8,875 nucleotides of DNA from Octopus sinensis (taxonomy: Eukaryota). Positions within the stretch are counted from its first letter, which is position 1, and every line of letters starts with the position of its first letter. The notes under the pieces are model-generated. The model was not told where the DNA came from and searched no databases. It saw nothing but the letters and a program-made list of their open reading frames with translations. Both the position numbers and the translations under genes were made by a program. The DNA lies in NCBI RefSeq assembly GCF_006345805.1, contig NW_021828171.1:1-8875 (forward strand), read 5' to 3'. Shown here one piece after another: positions 1-7,539 of the stretch.

Positions 1-385
1 TTGGAAAGATGTCAGTTGGTCATCTTCGAACCGAGGACAACATTATTATTACTTAACTATAATTTGTAGAACTTTATACATACTGATTTCCGGTTGAGCG
101 TTTCTGTATCTAGTTCTGGAAATTATGTTTTGTAAACGACAGACTATGCTGATGATCTTGCAGATGTTTGCGTGTCCATATACGTAAATATTAACAAGTG
201 AAACCAATAACACATAGGTAATCGTTTTTAATTCCGTATATTTTCATTTGTCTTGCTTATTTTTACATTTTGGTTTTTTGCTGAGATTTTTCTTGAGAAC
301 ACGTTCTTCGTGGTAATGGCGATTTGACGTCTATGTTTAGCATATAGGCTGTTCACTTTTAGTGGTCAGTCCTCTAAATTTTGTT
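1..385 (+). mobile_element. Probable Penelope-like element (PLE) terminal-repeat fragment with a decayed hammerhead motif
   Basis: CTGATGA (149-155) ... GAAAC (200-204) hammerhead core boxes with CTATG/CATAG flanking complementarity, then a T-rich segment ending in (TA)n/(TAA)n. PLE pseudo-LTRs typically carry minimal type I hammerheads and sit next to simple repeats. The left boundary is unknown and the family assignment is inference. Confidence 0.5.
144..217 (+). ncRNA. Degenerate type I hammerhead ribozyme motif
   Basis: Stem I CTATG 144-148 / CATAG 213-217; CTGATGA 149-155; stem II CTTG 157-160 / CAAG 195-198 (closing pair is T-T, not canonical); GAAAC 200-204 followed by CAATA where a palindromic CGGTA-type stem III is expected. 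Probably inactive. Confidence 0.45.
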
Positions 386-398
386 ATATATATATAGA

Positions 399-467
<69 letters not shown>
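385..467. repeat. (TA)n followed by (TAA)n microsatellite
   Basis: Directly visible; about 20 ATA units at 406-467. Confidence 0.97.
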
Positions 468-469
<2 letters not shown>

Positions 470-471
470 AG

Positions 472-519
472 GGTAAAATTAATTAATTAATTAATTAATT
501 AATTATTAATAATTTTACC
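472..519. repeat. Inverted repeat GGTAAAATT/AATTTTACC enclosing a self-complementary (AATT)n array
   Basis: 472-480 is the reverse complement of 511-519, and the interior is mostly (AATT)n. Confidence 0.85.
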
Positions 520-566
520 AAGTAGTTTCGGCATATTAAAAGAACCATTTTCGGTAAATTTAAAGA

Positions 567-622
567 ATGATTTTTATAATTATGAGTGTAATTATAATTA
601 TACTCATAATTATTAAAATTAT
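567..622. repeat. 56-bp near-perfect AT-rich palindrome
   Basis: Centre at 594/595. The core 576-613 (ATAATTATGAGTGTAATTA|TAATTATACTCATAATTAT) has one G-T pair; extension to 567-622 adds one T-T and one G-T. Confidence 0.9.
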
Positions 623-630
623 ATATATAT

Positions 631-794
631 ACGACAGGCTTCTTTCAGTTTCCATTACCAAATCCACTCACAAGGCTTTGGACGGCCCGAAGCTCTAGTA
701 GAAAACAGTTGCCCACGGTGCCACGTACTGAGATTGAACCTGGAACCATGTCGCTGGTAGGCAAGCTACTTACCACACAGCCACTCCCACGCCT
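631..794 (-). mobile_element. tRNA-derived SINE, 5' half, with CORE-like domain
   Basis: The minus strand starts AGGCGTGGGAG. A box TGGCTGTGTGG (783-773) and B box GGTTCAATCTC (740-730) are followed by GTGGCACCGTGGGCAACTGTTTTCTACT, which resembles the CORE-SINE motif GTGACCTTGGGCAAGT. It ends in (TA)n at about 630. Confidence 0.85.
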
Positions 795-819
795 ATATAT
801 AAGTACAAATGAATATCTA

Positions 820-918
820 AATACACACACATACACAGACACATACACGCACATGTATACGTACATATATGTGAGAACATATATAAATACATATGCGCAT
901 GCACAGAGTTACGACCAC

Positions 919-959
<41 letters not shown>

Positions 960-968
960 AGCACACAC
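820..968. repeat. Compound CA/TA microsatellite with near-pure (CA)n at 916-957
   Basis: Directly visible. Confidence 0.95.
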
Positions 969-1093
969 GTCTTTCTATAAAAACCACTGAATTCACTCTT
1001 GGCCATTATGTTGTCCGCACCTGCTGATTTTATTGTTACGTAAGCGACTCCATATCTTGATCTTTGATTTATCAGGACACCCGCCATGACTGA

Positions 1094-1187
1094 TGATGTC
1101 AGAGAGTGTATAGTGGTGATGTAAGAAGGTGTATAGTATTGATATAAAGGGCATATATATTGGATGATGTAAGGGAGTGTAGAGTGA
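1094..1187. repeat. Degenerate minisatellite, 4 x ~23 bp
   Basis: TGATGTCAGAGAGTGTATAGTGG (1094), TGATGTAAGAAGGTGTATAGTAT (1117), TGATATAAAGGGCATATATATTGGA (1140), TGATGTAAGGGAGTGTAGAGTGA (1165). Confidence 0.75.
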
Positions 1188-1293
1188 CATCTGCAAAATC
1201 AGTCGTAGTCATATAATATGAAAGATTGCTAGCGAGACCTGAAGTCAGACGAGTCTCGATAACAATAGCGACGACGAAGATAACAACAGCAGT

Positions 1294-1736
1294 GGAGGCG
1301 CAATGGCCCAGTGGTTAGGGTAGCGAACTCGTGGTCGTAAGAACGCAGTTTCGATTCCCAGACCGGGCATTGTGAGTGTTTATTGAGCAAAAACACCTAA
1401 GCTCTACGAGGCTCCGGCGAGGGGTACTGGTGAACCCTGCTGTACTCTTTCACTACAACTTTCTCCCACTCTTTCTTCCTACTTCTGCCACAAAGCAGAG
1501 GAACCATAGTGTAACCCACTATGGTGTGGTAAACTTTGCGAATCCTCTGTACCCCAGGATGGTTCAGCTCTCCACCCGTTAAAAAGCAACCGTTTGCGGA
1601 ATGAGGATAACAACCGCCAGTCTATCGTGTGTGATGGGTGGATTGCCACAAGCATTCTTAGTAGCTTAGAGTAGGCTCGAATTAGAGATTATTCTTTGTG
1701 GCTAATGGCGTGAGTCCTGATTGGAAGAAGAAGAAA
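1294..1736 (+). mobile_element. Apparently full-length tRNA-derived SINE (~440 bp) with (GAA)n tail and target-site duplication
   Basis: Starts GGAGGCGCAA. A box TGGCCCAGTGG 1304-1314; B box GTTTCGATTCC 1348-1358; post-tRNA TTGTGAGTGTTTATTGAGCAAAAACACCTAA segment; GAAGAAGAAGAAA tail at about 1724-1736. Flanking direct repeat AAGATAACAACAGCA (1277-1291) / AAGACAACAACAGCA (1737-1751), 14/15 identical. Confidence 0.88.
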
Positions 1737-1809
1737 AAGACAACAACAGCAAAAGCTATATAGGAAAACTGCAGTTCGGTACCTCTGTGTGGTGGCTCGA
1801 CTGTTAGAA

Positions 1810-1840
<31 letters not shown>

Positions 1841-1911
1841 ATATAAATATATAAATATATGTATATATATATATATATAAATGATGGTGTATATATATAT
1901 ATATATATATA
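1810..1911. repeat. Interrupted (TA)n microsatellite
   Basis: Directly visible. Confidence 0.95.
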
Positions 1912-2138
1912 AATGTATGGTGTGAAGTGCTGGTTTTGAAAGAGAGACAGACAGTGTACACAATGCTGGAGCTAATTCTACAACATTGCCAACGTTGTCT
2001 ACAGACACCAGATTCCAGCTGCCAACTTAACAGACTTTCTCTAAACTTCTTGCTCCATGCTGCTATTTGGCTCTTATTTCTTTTTTTTTTTATTGTTTTA
2101 TTTTACGATTCCTTTCGTATTAATTTTCATCATTATCA

Positions 2139-2190
2139 ATATTATTGTTGTTGCTGTTGTTCTTCTTTATTTTTATTATTATTATTATTA

Positions 2191-2221
<31 letters not shown>

Positions 2222-2284
2222 TATTTTAATATTATTATTATTATCTTATTATATTATTATTATTATTATTATTGTTATTATTAT

Positions 2285-2352
<68 letters not shown>

Positions 2353-2436
2353 TTATTATTATTATTATTAGTTTGATTATTATTTATTTATTATATTATT
2401 GTTATTATTAATTATTATCATTATTATTGTTTTTAA

Positions 2437-2497
<61 letters not shown>
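2139..2497. repeat. Long interrupted (TTA)n microsatellite
   Basis: Directly visible; source of the poly-L/Y/I/N ORFs. Confidence 0.97.
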
Positions 2498-2498
<1 letters not shown>

Positions 2499-2661
2499 AG
2501 CTGGTGTCATCATCGTCATTGTCGTCGTCGTCATCATTTTTTTCTTCCATCCTCGCCATCATTGTTAACGTCATTATTAGCAGCAATAATAATTACATCG
2601 AGAAGATCAAAAAGGCAAAGAAAGCACCAAAGAAAACGAGAGCCACAATAGCAGCAACAAC

Positions 2662-2731
2662 GGTAGTGGCAGTGGTGGTGGTGGTTGTAGCGGTGTTGGT
2701 GGGGGGGGGTGTTGTTGTTGTTGGTGGTGGT

Positions 2732-2763
<32 letters not shown>

Positions 2764-2897
2764 GGTATGAGAATGAGAATGTGTAAAAACATGATGATGA
2801 TGATGGTGTGGTGATTGTAGCGGTGTTTGTGGTGGTGGTGGTTTTGGTAGTGGTGGTGGTGGTCGTAATGTATAGTATGTAGTAGTAGTAGTAGTAA
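2662..2897. repeat. Compound (GTG)n/(GTT)n/(GTA)n/(GAT)n trinucleotide array with a G run near 2701
   Basis: Directly visible; source of the poly-V/T/P/H ORFs. Confidence 0.93.
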
Positions 2898-3009
2898 TAA
2901 GATAATACAACAAAAACAACATGACCTTTTTTGTTTTTGTTTTGTTTTTTTTTGGATAAAAGTAATGATGAGAAACTGCGTCTGTCTGGCTTATAACCAA
3001 AATACGAAA

Positions 3010-3159
3010 ATAAAAACAAAAAGAAAACAAAGAAAAAAAAAAGAAAGAAGAAAGAAAGAAAGAAAGAAGAAAAAAAAACGAAAGAACGAAAAAAAAGAAA
3101 GAAAGAAAGAAAGAAAGAAAGAAAAAAGAAAGAAAGAAAGAAAGAAAGAAAGAACGAAA

Positions 3160-3215
<56 letters not shown>

Positions 3216-3240
3216 AACTAACTAACAAACAAACAAGTAA
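3010..3240. repeat. Polypurine (AAAG)n microsatellite
   Basis: Directly visible, purest at about 3040-3217. Confidence 0.96.
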
Positions 3241-3569
3241 AAAGAGCAAAATTCTTGTTAGATTCGGTAAAAATTGTTGTTTCGGAATTTGTGGGTGCCA
3301 TGTTGATAAGGTAGATCTGGATTGATGTCAGCCATAATAGATCGTAATAAATGGTTTCATATTTATTAGAAGTAATTGGCAAGATGAAGAAATAACTTGC
3401 TTTGAAAAAACTACTGACAGAACTGTTTGGAGGGGGGGGGATTGTGTGGCAGGGAATGTCAGCGAGATTATTCTATACATGTGCAGGTGTGTATGTGGGT
3501 ATACCTACTTAAATACATTAATACGCTCTCGCTCTCTTTCTCTGTCTCTCTCACACACACTCTACCTTC

Positions 3570-3632
<63 letters not shown>

Positions 3633-3645
3633 CTATCTATTTATC

Positions 3646-3688
<43 letters not shown>

Positions 3689-3725
3689 TTATCTACCTAT
3701 CTATCTATTTATCTATCTATATATA
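3570..3725. repeat. (TATC)n microsatellite
   Basis: Directly visible. Confidence 0.97.
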
Positions 3726-3737
3726 TCTCCCTCTCTT

Positions 3738-3738
<1 letters not shown>

Positions 3739-3772
<34 letters not shown>
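3739..3772. repeat. (CA)n microsatellite
   Basis: Directly visible. Confidence 0.97.
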
Positions 3773-3776
<4 letters not shown>

Positions 3777-3818
3777 CGTATGCACTCACACACACAAATG
3801 TCTAGAGAGAGATAAAAA

Positions 3819-4025
3819 TAGATAGATTTAAGATTTGATAGTAAATAGATAGACAGACAGATATTAGATAGTAGATAGATAGATAATAGATAGATAGATA
3901 GATAATATATAGATAGATAGATAGATAGATATATAGAGAGATAGATAGATAGATAGATGATAGATAGATAGATAGATAGATAGATATAGATAGATAGATA
4001 GATGAGAAGATAGATATATAGATAG
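3819..4025. repeat. Interrupted (GATA)n microsatellite
   Basis: Directly visible; reverse complement of the (TATC)n array upstream. Confidence 0.96.
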
Positions 4026-4026
4026 G

Positions 4027-4238
4027 TTTCTTTATGGCCACACGGCTGAACACAGAGGGGACAAAATACAAAGTAGAGTTTTTCTTTCTGGGAAAGAAAG
4101 AAAAAAATGTGGGGGTAGAATTTTGATCAAAAGAGGTAGTGGTTAAAAAAATCATTCACCAGAGAGGAAAGTGTTTGTCTCTAGACCTTTCAGACGCGTC
4201 CACCATACACATTCTTTCGCCATAGCCACAAGTACGAT
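4027..4238 (-). mobile_element. 5'-truncated, probably internally deleted 3' end of an L1/Tx1-like LINE
   Basis: Minus-strand peptide IVLVAMAKECVWWTRLKGLETNTFLSG (4238-4158) resembles the hydrophobic 'xAKxxxWxxR' motif downstream of the C-terminal zinc-binding region of L1/Tx1 ORF2. It is followed by a T-rich 3' UTR ending TGTGGCCATAAAGAAA (degenerate polyA signal) that abuts a (CTAT)n array. Confidence 0.6.
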
Positions 4239-6288
4239 ATATTTCGTCACTATATTCACTGCGGTGTCTATTTTGACCATATCGCGCCTATGAGGTGGTT
4301 GGCGGGCGATTTGAACTGGCCTAGTACATACGTGCATTTATGTGCCCTTCTGATATATTCAACTGGTGAAAGCAGAGCTTATTTGAAGCAAAGCTAGAAA
4401 TCCAAGATCTTGAATTATTCAGTAATATCTTTGTTGCTAGTCTATTCTGTCTCTCTGTCTTATCTCATGGTGCAATATGAACATTTAAGGTGGTTTTCAG
4501 AGTCAGGGATTTGACTGCTATTTCGGCATGGTGGTGTCTCTCAGACACCCTTATTTATAGTTGTAAAAAATGTTTACCTTTGTATGGTATTTATTCCCAT
4601 GCTGGCCACTTGATAGTATCGATATTATCCTTATTTATAAATTTATTTATATATAAGACAATGCATTAAATATATTGTTTGCGGTGAATATAAATGATTA
4701 GTGACAAATAGTCGCATGTTCCATTCTAACCGAGCTTATGAAACGAGTGAAGCATTTTTTCCCAATCAACGAAATCTATAGCTGAGTGCAGGAGTATCCT
4801 CTAAGAAGGTGGAAGCTCGACTTTGCTAACACGTCAAGTACACTTAAGCTCTATGGTGGATTAAACCAAATCATATTGGTCCAATTGCTGTTCCTGTTCT
4901 TCATCTTAGTATTATAAGTTACTGGTTGTTGTGCGTAGAATCTACACAGTAAACTTTCTAATTAATGCAATAACTGGCGAGATGTCTGTTATAGCTGGGT
5001 GCCGTCTCATTACAATTTTGTATGTAGTTATTTTTTCAATCCTAAGCGAATATTTTCTTGTCAATATTATTACATTTTTCGGTCGTCACCAAGAGAACAG
5101 TATGCACTTTACCTACTCACGTTATTTTCATAAAGAGTAGTGGTGTAAATTAGTAATGTATACTGTTACAAATTGAAAGTCTACTTTGTGAAATTTTAAT
5201 AAGGATGAAATACAATTTGTTGAAGGACAAATTCAGTTTATTTTTTAATTTGCATTTATTTAAATATTCTCTCCCATTTTATTTATAAACTCCAAGACAA
5301 TGAAGCTAAGAACTAGATCTTTCTTCCACTATCTAAAAAAAAAAACACTCTTCCATCTACAGCAAAGATGCAGAATACTTTTAATATATTTCTTCCATTA
5401 CTCATAATTTTCGCCCAAACCTTTGAGCCTGTATAACTATTTCATCTCAGTTGCTTATGCTGATCAGACCAGTTCACAAACGGAAATCCTATCAACCAAG
5501 AATAATTATTATTTTCTTAAAATATTTTCTCATGATTAACAACTTTGGTCTACGACTGCTGAAATCTGTTGATTTGTTGCTTTAGAAAATTGGATCCAAA
5601 TGTTATTTAATATATTCGCTCAATTTTATACAAAGTAATGAAAAAACAAAAAGAACTCTAATTGCAGCAAATTGAGAAAAATTCACATAACAAAACTAAT
5701 CGCACTTCTATCCATTTTCAACATCAAATATAATTAATTTATATTAACGTTGCGAGGTTGTTTGTCGAAATCATTTTTAATTTACTGAAGCGATTTGAGC
5801 CAAATATAAGCATGAACCAGAATAGCAAGTGCATTTAATCTCAGTCTATTTTCTAACAGAGAAGTAAACACCGAGAGACATGACTTCTTTCATTTTCAAT
5901 ATCGCAGTAATTCATTGTGGTTACGATATTCCTCAGATTTTAATGTATTTTAGGATTGCATAGTTTAACACATTTCTTTCACAATGGTTTAGTTGTCAGG
6001 GCAGGAAATAGAAGAGTTGTATTGTTAGGAGCACAACTTGTGTCGAAAACTTACCTTCTTCCTGACTCCACTCGAGGCATCTCCTATCGCTATTGTGCCG
6101 GGTCATGATTATAATGACCCCAAAGTGTAGTTAGAAGGGCGATAGAAAGTAAAACTTTAATTTTAAATTTTCATCAACTCAAATTTAATGGTACAATTTT
6201 CTGCCGGATCAGACACCTCGACTGCTTAATTCATAGATAAAACGAAAAGGTCCTTCTTCGCTTATAGGCATATTAGGACGGTTTCCCG

Positions 6289-6398
6289 GAAAAAACTGTT
6301 TTGCTTAAGAACACAAAGCCTCATTTGGCCCAGGAATGAAAACCACAATCTTACAATCCTGAGTATTAGTTCCTTAACACTAAGCCAAGGGCTGCCAC
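6289..6398 (-). mobile_element. Decayed tRNA-derived SINE head
   Basis: Minus strand: A box-like TGGCTTAGTGT (6387-6377), B box-like GGTTTTCATTCC (6344-6333), then TTGTGTTCTTAAGCAAAACAGTTTT. This last segment resembles the TTGTGTCCTTGAGCAAGACACTT motif common after SINE tRNA heads and the equivalent segment of the 1294 SINE. Confidence 0.7.
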
Positions 6399-6400
6399 CC

Positions 6401-6535
6401 CATACACATACGCATACATAAATACATACACACATACATGTACGCACACACACATACACACATGTATATGTGTGTGTATACATATATATATACATGTATG
6501 TACATACATACACACATACATAATATTATATATAG

Positions 6536-6567
<32 letters not shown>

Positions 6568-6657
6568 ATATTATTAATATCTACACATATATATACACAC
6601 ATTTATGTGTCTGATATATATGCGAATATATTTGTGTATATGTATGCACATATATAC

Positions 6658-6689
<32 letters not shown>

Positions 6690-6697
6690 CACACATA
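6401..6697. repeat. Compound CA/TA/CATA microsatellite
   Basis: Directly visible. Confidence 0.95.
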
Positions 6698-6939
6698 TAA
6701 GGGGAAATACACCCACCCACACAACACAAACACTTATAACTATTTCGAATATTCCACCCCGAAAGAGTTTTGTCAGCATCTGTAGAAAGACATCAAGTCA
6801 TTTAGTAATGTTTGAGTTGCGTACCCGGGCGAGGTGGTCTGGCGTAGTTAGGGTATTTACAGGGGTGGCAGTTATTGATGTGTCCTCTCATACCTTCTCC
6901 ACATCTGGAACACACACCACACACAAGCAAATAAACGTA

Positions 6940-7156
6940 TAAATACACGCACAAACACCATAGACAGGCATGTAAATACATATACCCACACGGGTGTATA
7001 CAGACACACACATACTGATATGCAAATATATACATATACAGGCATTTAAATGCACACACATACACACACATATACTTGTAAGAACATGATTGCGTGTACA
7101 CGTAATTGCATAAACAACAATATTTATTCATTCGTTCGAACATAAACACACACACA

Positions 7157-7206
<50 letters not shown>

Positions 7207-7225
7207 ATATATATATACGCACACA
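6940..7225. repeat. Degenerate CA/TA low-complexity tract with near-pure (CA)n at 7147-7200
   Basis: Directly visible. Confidence 0.9.
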
Positions 7226-7261
7226 AACCAATATTAAGGAAATCTTAAAATTCTATAAACA

Positions 7262-7415
7262 GGGTTTAGGTCTATCGATTATATCGATATTGGGGCATTG
7301 ATTTTATAGACCCTGGAACAGAGAAAGACAAAGATGATATTTGCGGGATTGAATCCAAAACATAAGCGGGTGGACCAGAATACCAGCAGGTATTTTGTTT
7401 GCCACCTCTGATTTC
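7262..7415 (-). mobile_element. Highly decayed tRNA-derived SINE with Nin-domain-like core
   Basis: Minus strand: B box-like GGATTCAATCC (7356-7346), then CTTTGTCTTTCTCTGTTCCAGGGTCTATAAAATCAATGCC (7333-7294), which resembles the recalled conserved SINE core GCCTTTCATCCTT.CG.GGTCGATAAAAT.AGTACC. It is followed by a TATCGAT-N3-ATCGATA hairpin (7273-7289). Boundaries are approximate. Confidence 0.55.
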
Positions 7416-7451
7416 TCAAAAATACCAGCCTGTGAGGTTTTCTCGCTTTTA

Positions 7452-7452
<1 letters not shown>

Positions 7453-7501
<49 letters not shown>
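7453..7501. repeat. (CTA)n microsatellite
   Basis: Directly visible, about 16 units. Confidence 0.97.
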
Positions 7502-7539
7502 TAAGCACCCTTAGTAACAATACCTTCACGATGTGTTTC

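Noticed and set aside
1094-1187. CRISPR-like periodicity
   Set aside because: Units are contiguous and diverged with no unique spacers, the context is eukaryotic, and there are no cas genes.
1294-1366. Possible tRNA gene
   Set aside because: A and B boxes are present, but the cloverleaf is imperfect and it continues into a SINE body with tail and TSD, so it is a SINE head. The same applies to the heads at 794-725 and 6398-6325.
1400-1450. AGC-TCTACGAG-GCT resembling HDV P3/L3, followed by a GGG/CCC hairpin
   Set aside because: No 6-7 bp P1 with a G-Y first pair and no P2 could be assigned.
1980-1998. Hairpin ACAACATT-GCC-AACGTTGT as a miRNA precursor
   Set aside because: Only 8 bp and it does not extend, which is far too short for a pre-miRNA.
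2662-2741. G-quadruplex potential in (GGT)n and the G run
   Set aside because: Mostly two-G tracts and fully explained by the microsatellite; no evidence of function.
1927-3249. Long ORFs of 100-218 aa (poly-L/Y/I/N/V/T and KKER repeats)
   Set aside because: They are translations of (TTA)n, (GTN)n and (AAAG)n microsatellites, open in several frames on both strands, with no domain-like content.
3427-4155. ORFs with IYLS repeats
   Set aside because: Read-through of the (TATC)n/(GATA)n arrays.
4931-5140. 69-aa hydrophobic ORF
   Set aside because: GTG start, composition expected from AT-rich DNA, and no recognisable motif.
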